Shown here: positions 38,140 to 51,782 of the stretch, in pieces | How positions within the stretch are numbered: position 1 is the stretch's first letter | How the letters are laid out: every line of letters begins with the position of its first letter | NCBI GenBank assembly: GCA_951406725.2 | Contig: OX597839.1 | Location: forward strand, 23,250,001 to 23,314,000 | Reading direction: 5' to 3' | Length of the DNA stretch: 64,000 bases | DNA from: Octopus vulgaris | Lineage: Eukaryota | Translations under genes and position numbers: made by a program | Notes under the pieces: model-generated | Database searches by the model: none | Told to the model about the DNA's origin: nothing | The model's input: only the letters and a program-made list of their open reading frames with translations

Positions 38140-39435
38140 CAGGGTGTCCATAAAGTCTCTTTACAATTTTAAAGATTTATTACAAAGGCAATTGATGGGA
38201 TATGTTTATCAGATTTGTTCCATGTACCCAGTGGTTATGAAAGCTTTTAACCACATTGCATTTTATGTTTTGCAGGTACCCTGATGATGGAAATGGTTTT
38301 GTTAAATGAAACCTTTAAAAAATGGCTACTCCTCAAGAAAAGGCACAATGTGTATCATGATTTATTGAAACAAAATCGGACATGCAGACCCACTGACTCT
38401 ACAGAATTAAGTATGGAATACATCCAGCATCACGTCTGTCAATTCATGCATGGCACAAGAAATTTATGGAAAGATGAACAGTGCTGGAGAAAGGGAGGAG
38501 TGGACGACCAAAATTATCTGAGGAAAATATTGATCGTATTAGACAAGCCTCTGTTAGTTCTCCTACAAAGTCCATACGTACTGCTGCCAGACAGTTATAG
38601 CTACCACATTCAATAGTGCACAAAGTCCTCTTACAAAGTGCAACTCTTAGAGGCACTCGAACCAAATGATAAACCAAGAGGAAAAGTGTTTGCAGTTAAC
38701 ATGTTGGAACAAATTTCTAAGTATTTAGCGTTCCTCACCTGAGTTTCTTTTAGTGATAAGGCAACCTTACATGTTTCAAAGAAATTGAACACACTGAACT
38801 GGAGATCAGAACATCTCCATGTAACTAGGGAACTTCACCAAGCAAGTCCAAAGGTGAACGTCTGGTGTGGGGTGATGTCCATTTTTCTTCACACAGAGAT
38901 CAATTTGTGCCAATGTTTACCTTGGCCATTTGACTGAATATGTGACACCACAATTGGACTACCTTCAACCAACCAACCATCATTTTCCAGCAGGAAGGTG
39001 AACCACCATATTGAGAACTGCATGTTCATGGGTTCCTAAATCAAATATTTCCAGACTGGTGGATTGGAAGGGATGCCTCAATTCCCTGACTTCCTCGTTC
39101 CCCAGATATCACTCCTCTGGACGTCTTTCTATGGAGTTATGTTAAAGACATTGTGTATTGAACAAAGATAGAGAACATTAATGACTTGATGCAAAAGATC
39201 CCTGAATTCCAAAGTCACCATTGATAAGTCTATGCTACAGCAAACATGGCAAAATCTTGATTACCGTTTTGATGTGCTTCTTGCACCTAATGGTGCCCAT
39301 ATAGAGGCATTTTAAATGAAGCAAAACAAACTTCAATGTCTTCTCCTTATTTTGCAATAATTCCCACAGATTTATCTCTTTATTTGCTTTTGTAATAAAC
39401 TTTTGAAATTGTAAAAAGACTTTATTGTCACCCTG
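38140..39435 (+). mobile_element. Full-length decayed Tc1/mariner of the DD41D (rosa/VS) type; transposase pseudogene at 38322-39315
   Basis: TIRs of about 52 bp: CAGGGTGTCCATAAAGTCTCTTTACAATT / AATTGTAAAAAGACTTTATTGTCACCCTG. Translation MATPQEKAQCVS...SFSDKATLH...IFQQEGEPP...WIGR...PRSPDITPLDVFLWSYVK, with 41 residues between the 2nd and 3rd acidic positions. Multiple stops and frameshifts. Confidence 0.9.
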
Positions 39436-40350
39436 GGCCGTGACTGCAGAGGACATGCGTAAGTTCGCAAGGAATTAATCCAGTATGATCCGATGGATGT
39501 GTAATGTCAGCGTGCATACTCGACAGAGTGTAAGTACCTTGAGAGAAAAGTTGGACCTAAGAAGCATCAGATGTGGTGTGCAAAGAGAGACGACTGTGCT
39601 GGTATGGTCATGTCGCAAGAATGGATGAGGACAGCTATGTGAAAAAGTGCCACACCCTAGCGTTTGAGGGAACTTGTGGAAGAGGTAGACCCAGGAAGAA
39701 CTGGGATGAAGTGGTAAAGCACGACCTTAAAACATAAGGCCTCACCGAGGCATTGACCAGTGACTGAGAATTTTGGAAATATGCTGTGCTTGAGAAGACC
39801 CCGCAAGTCAAGTGAGACCATAACTTTGTAGCCTAAGCCAGGGGTGTAACCAGCCCACTTATGCGTACCTTCCCTTCATTGGACACTGCCTGCGAAGACC
39901 TGTTGAGGCAAGTGAAATCGGAATCGAAATCAAATTCAATGACTGGCATCCGTGCTAGTGGAGCACTAAGAGCACCATCCGAGCGTGACCGTTGCCAAGG
40001 CAGCTAACTGGTGTTCGTGCTGGTGGAAACATAAAAAGCACCATTCGAGCGTAATCGTTACCAGCGTCACCTTACTGACACTTGTACCAGTGTGCAGGTG
40101 ACACGTAAAAAAAAAAAACCCATGATTTTCCGTGACCGTTGCCAGTACTGCCTGACTGGCCCTCATGCCGGTGGCATGTAAAAGCACCCACTACACTCTT
40201 GGAGTTGTTGGCGTTAGGAAGGGCATCCAGCTGTAGAAACTCTGCCAAATCAAGATTGGAGCTTGGTGCAGCCATCTGGTTCGCCAGTCATCAGTCAAAT
40301 CATCCAACCCATGCTAGCATGGAAAGCAGGCATTAAATGACGATGATGAT
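39434..40350 (+). mobile_element. 5'-truncated RTE-clade LINE: ORF2 C-terminus (pseudogenised, stop about 39815), 3' UTR and (GAT)n tail
   Basis: MIRWMCNVS...LREKLDLRSIRCGVQ/ERRLCWYGHVARMDEDSYVKKC...GRGRPRKNWDEVVKHDL matches the RTE RLRWxGHVxRM...GRPRKxW signature. Confidence 0.9.
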
Positions 40351-40428
40351 ATATATACATATATATATATATACATATATATACATGCATATACATACAT
40401 ATATATATGTATATATATATATATATAC

Positions 40429-40803
40429 GGAGGCGCAATGGCCCAGTGGTTAGGACAGCGGACTTGTGGTCATAGGGTCGCGGTTTCGATTTCCAGACTG
40501 GGCGTTGTGAGTGTTTATTGAGCGAAAACACCTAAAGCTCCAGCAGGGGATGGTGGTGATCCCTGCTGTACTCTTTCACCACAACTTTCTCTCACTCTTA
40601 CTTCCTGTTTCTGTTGTACCTGTATTTCAAGGGGCCGGCCTTGTCACTCTCTGTGTCACGCTGAATATCCCCGAGAACTACGTTAAGGGTGCACGTGTCT
40701 GTGGAGTGCTCAGCCACTTACACGTTAATTTCACGAGCAGGCTGTTCAGGTGATTCGGATCAACCGGAACCCTCGTCGTTGTAACCGATGGAGTGCTTCC
40801 ACC
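40429..40803 (+). mobile_element. SINE family D
   Basis: Matches 55337-55723. Confidence 0.9.
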
Positions 40804-41895
40804 ATATATATATACACATATATATATATATAATATAGGCGAAAATCTGCAAAGTAGAAAGAGTACTGTACTGTATATTCTGTAAATGCAAAACAAGACC
40901 ATGGAGGAACCGACGTAAGCTTAAATAATAAACTGCAAAAGGTGAACCACAACATGGCGAGGGATTACTGTAGATGTTTAAACGGAGTTAACACCCTCCA
41001 TGTGTTTCTGACTGGCTAAATTCTGTCTTTCATGCTGCAATCGCCTTAGTTTCAGCAGACAATCTCAGATCAAAAACTCCATGCAAATACATTGCCAAAA
41101 TATTTAAACGAGGAACACTTTTTTTTTTTTTAATAATAATTGTCTGAAATGTAAATTTCCAATAACTTCACATAATTCTAATAAATTCATATACATCCAG
41201 GGGGACATCAATCAACATGTTCCTGGCTTTTGTTTTGGTTTTCTTCCAAGAAGGATTGTCGGAAGGAAGCCAAAGGGATTTGCTGACATGCGAAATTCCA
41301 TTAATATCAGCACCGCTGCTGGTGATGGTGGTGACGATGGCGATGATGGTATTGGTGGCGTGGCGATGGCTGAAGCCTTGAGAATAGGCAGAGTTTTGGA
41401 ACGGCGAAAATCAATGAGACCAAATTAGGTAGATTAATAATGCTGGTTATTATTAATAATATCATTAAACCGATTCTATAACTGGAAACGCTGGGATTCC
41501 AAAAAAAGGAGGAAAGTTAGCATTTTCTTTTTTTTATAGTCTAATCGTTAACTGAGTCTAGAATATGTTTGCTAATTATTGCTAATTCCGTTTTTAATAA
41601 ACCTGCATTTAGGGTTACTAAACATGCACACACACAGATGCACATACACATACACATATGCACAGAGACATGCATAAAATCTACACACACATAGAAAACA
41701 CATACACACATGAAACATGCACAGACACACACAAAACACATATACATGCACATACACACACATACACACACACACACACACACTCCAGACATACAGACAC
41801 ACAGTTCCACATGAAAGATGGTTTTAATTTAAAGGTTGAAAAAGAAGGGAAAAAAAAGACGAATCACGCAAGACAGAAGTGAAAACATTACAGAA

Positions 41896-42302
41896 TAGGC
41901 GCAGGAGTGGCTGTGTGTGTGGTAAGTAGCTTGCTTACCAACCACATGGTTCCGGGTTCAGTCCCACTACTGCGTGGCATCTTGGGCAAGTGTCTTCTGC
42001 TATAGCCCCGGGCCGACCAATGCCTTGTGAGTGGATTTGGTAGACGGAAACTGAAAGAAGCCCGTCGTATATATGTATGTATATATATGTGTGTATGTGT
42101 GTGTGTTTGTCCCCCTAGCATTGCTTGACAACCGATGCTGGTGTGTTTACGTCCCTGTCACTTAGCGGTTCGGCAAAAGAGACAGATAGAATAAGTACTG
42201 GGCTTACAAAGAATAAGTCCCGGGGTTGATTTGCTCGATTAAAGGCGGTGCTCCAGCATGGCCGCAGACAAATGACTGAAACAAGTAAAAGAGTAAAGAG
42301 TA
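41896..42302 (+). mobile_element. Full-length SINE family A
   Basis: Matches the family consensus. Confidence 0.9.
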
Positions 42303-42828
42303 ATATGGTGGAAAGTTTTTATTGATTGAAAGAAAGTTCAAAGGCTTAGAAAAGAATTTCGCTATAGAAGTGGGGTGGACGTGAAGCTAATTGTTCAAAC
42401 CACAGTGACTATCGTTATCATTTATATGAGTAGAAAGTGTTTACATTTGTATGATTTTTCTATGAGTGTGTTTACTAGGGGAACCTTCGAAACATATGTC
42501 GAGAGTAAAGGAATTTTGATAACATCTTCGTTCGACTCCATTCTTTCATTTATTTATATATATATATATATACAAAATGAGAAAATGGAGAAATATATCT
42601 AAATCATTCATCAACTATCAGATAATACCGAATCATATACTTTATTAAAACACTACACAAGAGCATTAAGATTAGACATTAATACAGTACAATAATTACA
42701 ATCAATATAACGAGATATAACTAAATAAATATAACAAGATATAAAAATACATATACATTATAACTGACAGCTGTTTTGGCCATGCAGATAAGTATGTCTC
42801 ATTTAACCTATTAGCCATATATTGCAGG

Positions 42829-42864
<36 letters not shown>

Positions 42865-43534
42865 TATATATATATATATATACAACAGGCTTCTTTCAGT
42901 TTCTGTCTTCCAAATCCACTCTCAAGGGTTTGGTCGGCCTGGGGCTATGGAAAAAGATCCTTGCTCAAGCTGCCACACAGTGAGACTGAACTCAGAATTA
43001 TATGGTTGGGGAGCAAGCTTCTTAATCACCACATCCATGCCTGTATCTCCTTGTATATATGCTTAAAATAAAGCATATTACTCTACCACTGGTATTTGAG
43101 TACTCTTTTTTCCACCTTGTTTCACATTTATGTGTTTACTCCGGTATATATATATATATATATATAAATATATACACACACACGCACAAAATTAATATAA
43201 ATGGGATAAAGGAAAAATTCAAATGTACTAAGTAACACTGAGGGTGCTGAAGCATCCATATTGCTAGAAATAAGAGTTAAAATACTCTCAATGCTGTTAG
43301 AAGAGCAAAAATGTATACACACATCACAACAGGGTAGGTAGCCGCCCCATGGCTGACACAAAAATTCCCTAGATTAGACACCTAGTTTTGCCTATTCTGC
43401 AGGCATCGTCAGTGGGGACTGCTGGAACGGCACATGCTCGGCTAATTCTGCTTGTCGGCGTATATGTATTTACCATAAAAATTATTGGATGATGTTTGCA
43501 TGTATGTATGTATGTATGTATATGTGTGTGTGTG

Positions 43535-43583
<49 letters not shown>

Positions 43584-44095
43584 TTGGGTATGGATTTCTG
43601 CTTCTATTTGTTCCAGCGAACCCAATCATATATAGTGGGTACTTTGAATTTTTTTATCTTTGGAAGGGTTACCTTAAAGAAAGAGTTTACATAAAGATGC
43701 TTTGAAAGCTAAAGGAAGTGAAGAATATTTAAGAGGAATTCAGAAGCTGTTATGGAACATTACCCGGAAGAGGTTCCACCACTCTGTGAAATTGGAAATG
43801 GATGTATATTCCACGCTTGAATCAAAATAATTCCAAAGGTCCAAAATATATATAATCCATGAAGAAAATTTCTTTACCTTTCCAATAAATATTTCAGATT
43901 TGAGGTGGAAGGATTAAAAGATCTTGGGATCAATTTCAATTATGGGAATTCCAGGTGTTCAGTCAATGGATCAACCTGTTTCAACACTGGATCAATATTC
44001 AGCAACACACATGTAGCCCTAATATAATCCCCAGGTACACATGGGGGGAGAGAAACATGCAAGAATGGAGTGACATAGAATTATGCATGCATGCA

Positions 44096-44127
<32 letters not shown>

Positions 44128-44251
44128 TATGTATGTATGTATTTATATATGTATGTATGTATGTATGTATGGATGTGTATGTATGTATGTGTGTGTGTAT
44201 GTATGTATGTATGTGTGTATGTATGTGTATGTATGTATGTATGTATGTATG

Positions 44252-44282
<31 letters not shown>

Positions 44283-44358
44283 GTATGTGTGTGTGTATGT
44301 ATGTATGTAAGTATGTATGTGTCTGTCTATCAATCTATTTACCTATCTATCTAGCTAT

Positions 44359-44393
<35 letters not shown>

Positions 44394-44448
44394 TTTATGT
44401 ATGTATGTATGTATGTATGTATATATATATGTATATATATATATACAC

Positions 44449-44670
44449 AAAGAGATGCTGAAAAGTTCTTGGCTTTGGGTAAAAGAAAAGAAAAGGATGA
44501 GGATCAGTTAATTATGATTTCATTAAACATATTCCCCTCCTCTCAGAGTCACACACTTATTGCAGTGGCCCTTCAGTTTTTCTAAGCCCTGTAAAAGAAC
44601 TCAGAAGGTTGGGCCTCCAACCAAGCCTTTCAGACTACCCTTAAAGCCAGGAACATTTCAGCACCCCCTC
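44449..44670 (-). mobile_element. Mariner-derived MITE
   Basis: TIRs GCTGAAAAGTTCTTGGCTTT / AAAGCCAGGAACATTTCAGC. Second copy at 61702-61860. Confidence 0.7.
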
Positions 44671-44815
44671 AATCAAACAAACTGACCCCTTTTACTTACT
44701 TTTTGAGGCCTAGTATTTATTCTGTCAGTTTCGTTTTGCTGAGTTGTTAAGTTTCTGGGGCATAAACAAATCACTGGTTGGAGGCACCATTACAATCAAA
44801 AATCCCCAAACATAA

Positions 44816-44846
<31 letters not shown>

Positions 44847-44851
44847 TATAT

Positions 44852-45175
44852 ATCATCATCATCACCATTGTCATTTAACGTCCGCTTTCCATGCTGGCAT
44901 GGGTTGGACGGTTTGCCTGAGAAATGGCAAGTCAGGAGGCTGCACCAGGCCCCAATCTGACTTGGCAAGGTTTCTATAGCTGGATGCCCTTCCCAGTGCC
45001 AACCACTCTGAGAGTGTAGTGGGTGCTTTTTTGCGTGCTACTGGCACAGGAGCCAGTCAGAGGGCATTGGCATCGGTCATGCTTGAATGGTGTTTTTTGC
45101 ATGCCACCAGTACAGGTGCCAGTCAGGTGGCACTAACATCAGCCATATACTACGATTTCACTCGGTTCAACAGGT
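44852..45175 (-). mobile_element. RTE LINE 3' end (a more diverged relative lies at 45742-46170)
   Basis: TTTAACGTCCGCTTTCCATGCTGGCATGGG...GCTGGATGCCCTTCC. Confidence 0.8.
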
Positions 45176-45336
45176 GTGTATGTGTGTGTGTGTGTGTGTG
45201 TGTATGTGTGTCTATATATATTTATATATATATATATATATATAATACAATTTACTGAACCTTCAGATTTTAATATGCTAGACCACTGGTGTTAAATTGA
45301 TATTAATTAAATTAATATCAAATTTCTCACCCTCAT

Positions 45337-45398
<62 letters not shown>

Positions 45399-45432
45399 TG
45401 TATTTATGTATGTATGTATGTATATATGTATA

Positions 45433-45468
<36 letters not shown>

Positions 45469-46244
45469 TGTATGTATATATGTATATATGTATGTATATA
45501 TGTATGTATGTATGTGTATATGTATGTATGTGTATATATATGTGTGTGCGTGTGTGTGTGTGTGTGTGTGTCAATGGGATTCATTCAGTTTCTGTCTACT
45601 AAATCAACTTACAAGGCTTTGACTGGTCAAGGGTTTATAGAAGCGGGCACTTGTCTGTGGCACCACACAGTGGGATTGAACCTGAAGTAATGCAGTTAGG
45701 AATCAAACTTCTTACCACACAGCCACTTGCACCTATGTATATCATCATCATTTAACATCCATCTTCCATGCATGCATGAGTAGGACGGCTGACAGGATCC
45801 AGTCAGGTAGAAAACCTACCCTAGGCTACTGTGTCTGTTTTGGCAGAGATTTTACGGCTGGATGCCCTTCATAACACCATCCACTCTGCAGAGTGGACTC
45901 AGTGCTTTTCACATGGCACTAGCACAGGTGAGGTTAGTTTTGGCATGATTTTTACCGCTGGAGGCCCTTCCAAATGCCAACCACTTCACAGTGTGGACTG
46001 GATGCTTTTAACGTGGCACCAGCTGTGGTAGGGTAAACAAGTAACTCTCAAGACAAGGAACTATGAGAAGGGCAGGAGCATTTGAGGAGGGGGACTTGTG
46101 TCAGAGGATGAAAGATTAGAGGGTGACAGAGAGACAGAAAACAGAGGGGACATTAGAGGGGGTCATCCAGTATCAGCAATTTGGGTCCATCAGTCTCTGC
46201 TAAGCATTTTGCCTGGCGTGCTAACGATTTTACCAGGTCACTGC

Positions 46245-46282
<38 letters not shown>

Positions 46283-46292
<10 letters not shown>

Positions 46293-46570
46293 ATATTAAT
46301 TAGAGACAAAACCACTAATATGCAAATCAAACAAAGAAAGACTTAATCCAATACATAAAAATTTTATACAAATTAAATATAATATAATTAATTATATTTA
46401 ATTTATATAAAATTTTTTAGGTATTGGCTTTAAGTCTTTCTTTGTTTGATTTGCATATTAGTGGTTTTGTCTCTAATTAATATTATATTATATTTTACTA
46501 TAAAATTGGATTCCTAAATCTGATTTTTCCCTGTAAATTTGGATTTATTCCCTAATATTTATTATTATAT
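46283..46570. repeat. AT-rich palindrome (46283-46493) with a 3' extension, inserted in (TA)n
   Basis: ATTAGAGACAAAACCACTAATATGCAAATCAAACAAAGAAAGACTTAA is mirrored exactly. Confidence 0.85.
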
Positions 46571-46593
46571 ATATATATATATATACACACACA

Positions 46594-46644
<51 letters not shown>

Positions 46645-47338
46645 GTTTATGTTGTTTATGTTATCCAGTTTCAGCTCTTGAGCTGTGGCCATGTGTGTGT
46701 ATATACATGTAATATATGCAGCTACACCTATATATGTAAGATTATAAATATAATATATATCTATGTGTGTATGTGTGTGTGTGTGTTTGTTCCCCCACCA
46801 TTACTTGACAACCAATTTTGGTGTATTTACATTCCTGTAACTTAGTGGTTCAGCAAAAGAGACCAATAGAATAAGTACTAGGCTTATAAGGAATGAGTCC
46901 TGGAGTCAATTCACTTGACTAAAAGCAGTGTTCCAGTATGGCCACAATCAAATGACTGAAACTAGTAAATGGATAAATGAATGTGTGTGTGTGTGTATAA
47001 GCATGTGTATATATGAATGTATATCTGCATGTGTACATGTGTGTAGTTTTTTTGTTTTTTTTTTGTATTTGCTTGTGGTTTTCACTTCTGTGAAAAGCAC
47101 TGAGCTACAGGTTGTGAAAGCCTTCACTGGATCCCACCTTTGAAGATCAGCGAATAAGAGGAAGGGGCATCCACCTGTGAAACAGGGCACTCGGAATAAA
47201 ATATTTGTCTAACCCATGCTAGCAGGGGAAAAAATGATGTTAAACATGAATAAATGAATAACATAGATAAATAGAGAGAGAGAGAGAGAGAGATTTACAG
47301 AGAGAGAGAGGTAGATGGACAGACAGATAGATAGACAG

Positions 47339-47411
<73 letters not shown>

Positions 47412-47462
47412 GATAGATAGATAGACAGGCAGACAGATAGACAGACAGACAGATAGACAGAC

Positions 47463-47501
<39 letters not shown>

Positions 47502-47684
47502 CAGATAGATTGATGAGAGAGAGAGAGAGAGAGGTTGATAGATTGATAAATAGATAAATAGACAGACAGGTATACAGGTGTATATTTATATAATCCATAC
47601 ATACATATGCACATGCTATAATACTTATATATTATATTATGAATATGTGTGCGTGTGTATATATGTATGTGTGTGTATTTATAT

Positions 47685-47771
<87 letters not shown>

Positions 47772-48499
47772 TGAGTGAGACTGTTGCTACACATATTTCC
47801 ACTAAAATATATTCTTTGATAAAAGCACGTGCATACACACACACACAAAGAAAAAAATATGTAGGTGAAGTTTAGGAACAGCAGTCCTTCGAAGTCCTAC
47901 ACAACGCACTTGAAAGAAAAAAAAGAGAGCTGTGAATTGAAGCCACAGGTAGAGAATGGAAATGTTTGGAAATTTTCTTTTCTTTTTTTTTTTTTATAAG
48001 AATCGTAATTCTGGTTAGATGAAACAGAGAAATGCTATAAAGAAGAAAAAACTAAAAATAGACAATGGAAAAAGATACAGTTTTCCTTTCCAGTTCCAGT
48101 CAGGTATGGGATTTCGTAGGACGGCTATTTTAAAAGCCCGCTAGAATATATTCGCCTAAATAAAGGAATTGTCCCAGAGACAGCGATCGGCAACAGATGG
48201 TATAATGATGGAGAAATAGCGAAATGTAGAAAGTCTACTGTATCTTACCTGTCCACTTGAGAAATAGTATATAAATGGCTCTCTGTCTAACGGCTGTTGT
48301 TTTGCTTTCAGTTTCGTTATCGGGTCGATGTTGAATAAATATATATATTTGTGTGTGTTTGGGGTATAAATGAGAGTGCACAGCGGCCGAAGTGAGTGTC
48401 CCGGCCTGTCTGATTCACACAGTAAATAAATTGCTGTCAGGTGTGTTGGTTGGAGAGGAGAAAAGTTATCGAAAGTTCCGTAGAAGAGAATTAATTAGT

Positions 48500-49235
48500 C
48501 AGAGAGAGAGAGAGAGGAGGCAACATTAGAGAGGGAGAGAAAGGCAGAGAGATGTGTGTGTGTAGGGGGAGTTGTTTCGATAGATAGAAAGTAAGAGAGA
48601 GAGAGAGAAAGCAGTGTTAGAGAGAAGATGAAAGGCAGAGATATGTGAGTGGGGGTTGTTTCGATAGATAGAAAGTAAGAGAGAGAGAGAGAGAGAAAGC
48701 AGTATTAGAGAGAAGACGAAAGGCAGAGATATGTGAGTGGGGGTTGTTTCGATAGAGAGAAAGTACGAGAAAGTGGGGGAAGCATTAGATTGAAGGAGGA
48801 AGGGAAAGAGATGTGTGTGTGGGCTGTTTCAATAGATAAAAGGTAAGAGAGAGAGAGAGAGAGAGAGAGATGGGGAAGCAGTATTAGTGAGGGGAAGAAA
48901 GGCAGAGAGATGTATGAGGGCTGTTTCGATGGATAGGAAATAAGAGAGAGAGAGAGAGAGAGGTATGAAGCATTAGAGAAAGGGAGAAAGGCAGAACGAT
49001 ATGTGTTCGTTGTTTCGATATATAGAAAGTAAGAGAGAGGGGGAGAGAGAGAGATGGGGAAGCAGTATTAGAGAGGGGAAGAAAGGCAGAGAGATGTATG
49101 AGGGCTGTTTCGATAGATAGGAAATAAGAGAGAGAGAGGTACGAAGCATTAAGGAAAGGGAGAAAGGCAGAACGGTATGTGTTCGTTGTTTCGATATATA
49201 GAAAGTAAGAGAGAGGGGTAGAATGAGGGATTGAA
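48500..49235. repeat. Purine-rich minisatellite of about 75-90 bp, about 9 diverged copies with variable (AG)n
   Basis: AAGCAGTATTAGAGAG...AAAGGCAGAGA...TGTTTCGATAGATAGAAAGTAAGAGAG. Confidence 0.85.
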
Positions 49236-49989
49236 AGAAAAGCAGACGATCGTTCAACAAATGCACGGTTCGTCATGAACTGTAGTCACCGTTTGCCGCT
49301 TGCACACCTCCGCTCCTTTTCCATTCCACAGACACACATCTTACCGTTTTCCGTGCAGAAGCAGGCAGTGGCAGCGGCGGTGGCGGTGGCGGTTGGCAGA
49401 CCCTTTTTACCATTTGTTGAACACAAAGAATTATGAATTAAGGAGAAAGAGAGAAAGAGAGAGAGAGAGACAGTGTGGTGGAGGGTGGTGGTGGTGGTGG
49501 TGGCGGGTGGTGGTGGTGGTGGAAGGTGGGTGGTGGGTGGGGTGGTGGTGGGGGTAGAGGTGGTGGTGGGTGGTGGTGGAGGGTGGTGAGCTTGGTTGCT
49601 TCCAGGTCGTCGTCGTTAAGGCTGACAATTAAAAACATCCCAGACCCAGACGACGGCGACAAGTGCTCTTCTTCCTGTCACCCTGACTCACGATGATGGG
49701 GAAAAAAGAAAAGAAAAGAAAAGAAAAGAAAAGAAAAGAAAAGGTGAACATGGATGGTGCAGGTAAATAAACGAATCAAGGTGTGGAACAAGATGACGGG
49801 TCGGGCGGGGGGGGGAGTGAGGTAGGGAACGGGGGAGGGGACGTGGACGAGGGGCTGGGGTTTGTAAGGAAGGGGGAAGAGAGAGTGAAAGAGAGAGAGA
49901 GAGAGGGGGGAGTACTAAGCTAAGAAAGGTTGCTTCCATCGGGGGGGGGGGGGGTTGTTTTTTTTATTATCATTAATAACATAACCCTA

Positions 49990-50700
49990 AAAACCACCCA
50001 TCGCCACCACCACCACCACCACCACCAACCACCACTACCATCACCACTACTACCACCGCTACCAACTCCAGCAACACCTCCACCATCAACATCACTTAAA
50101 GTATCATGATCACCCACCCCACCCCGTCCCTAGCCCCAACACCACCACCACCATCATCATCCTCCCCCATCACACGCAATACCATCACTATACCACTTCT
50201 AGTACCACTGCTCCTACTGCTACCACCACCACTACCACCACCACACCCTTATATTATGCAACCACCTTTATACTACTGCCACTACCAACACAAAACAAAG
50301 ACACTACCACCATGACCAACACATACACAACCACTACCACCACCATCACTACCACCACCACACCCACACATTATGCAACCACCAAACAAAGGCACTACCA
50401 CCATGACCACCACATACACAACCACCACTTCCACCACTATGCCATTGCCACTACCATCACAACCACCACACACAACCACTACCACCACCATCACCACCAC
50501 CACATACACAACCACCACTTCCACCACTATGCCATTGCCACTACCATCACAACCACTACCACCACCATCACCACCACCACATACACAACCACCACTTCCA
50601 CCACTATGCCATTGCCACTACCATCACAACCACTACCACACAACCACTACCACCGCATTATACTACCACCCCCACTACCACTCGTGCAACCACCACCTTT
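49990..50700. repeat. (CAC/CTA)n-rich tract with a triplicated unit of about 60 bp
   Basis: ACCACCACATACACAACCACCACTTCCACCACTATGCCATTGCCACTACCATCACAACCAC x3. Confidence 0.85.
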
Positions 50701-51114
50701 GCCATTGCTGCGTTAGAAGTCGACCCAACGTCAGTTGAAAGAAATAATGAGACAGCGATGAGCAAGATGTGATTATTTTTGAATAACTGACATATTTTTG
50801 AGGGAGAGGGTGGTTTCCTAGGAGACAGGGTGTCGGGGAGGTGAAGGGAGCGGAGGAATAATGACAAAAGTGGGATGTCAAAGGATAGGAGATCCTATTG
50901 AGGGTAACCCCAGCAGGGCGGTGGGGTTGTGGAGGTTCAGCTTGCTAGCAACTGATGGTAAGGGGTTACGTAGCAAGAAATGCAGAAATATGCAGGGGAT
51001 GAGGGGCAGAAAGGGGTGCACGAATTTTCTCTGGGGCTTCACAAAGCAGAGGAATGAATGATTAAGTTGGTATTGTACTGAAGGAATTTGAACCCCACAC
51101 CTTAAAGATATGAA

Positions 51115-51173
<59 letters not shown>

Positions 51174-51174
<1 letters not shown>

Positions 51175-51512
51175 TCATCATCATCATCATCATCGTTTAA
51201 ACGTCCGTTCTCCATGCTAGCATGGGTTGGATGGTTCGACCGGGGATCTGGGAAGCCAGAAGGCTGCACCAGGCTCCGGTCTTATCTGGCAATGTTTCTA
51301 CAGCTGGATGCCCTTCCTAACACCAACCACTCCGTGAGTGTAGTGGGTGCTTTTTACATGCCACCTGCACTGGTGCCAGGCGAGGCTGGCATCGGCCACA
51401 GTCGGATTGGTGCATTTTACGTGCCACCGGCACGGAAGCCAGTCGAGGCGGCACTGGCTTCGGCCACGATTTGGATGGTGCTTTTTACATGCCACCAACA
51501 CGGAAGCCAGTC
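51174..51512 (-). mobile_element. RTE LINE 3' end
   Basis: Reverse complement of the 22330-22654 type. Confidence 0.85.
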
Positions 51513-51782
51513 TATGTATATATATATATATATTCTTTTATTCTTTAATTGTTTCAGTCATTTGACTGTGGCCATGCTGGAGCACTGCCTTTTAGTCGAA
51601 CAAATCAACCCCAAGATTTATTCTCTGTAAGCCTAGTACTTATCTTATCAAACTGCTAAGTTACAGGGGATGTAAACACACCAATACTGGTTGTCAAGCG
51701 ATGGGGTGGGGGAGACAAACACAGACACACCACACAAATACATACATATATATATAAATAAATCTCAGATGCAGCACGGATT

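Noticed and set aside
43375-43418. Minus-strand CTGACGA TGCCT..AGGCA AAAC motif
   Set aside because: G12 is missing and stem I does not pair. It may be a dead hammerhead but was not counted.
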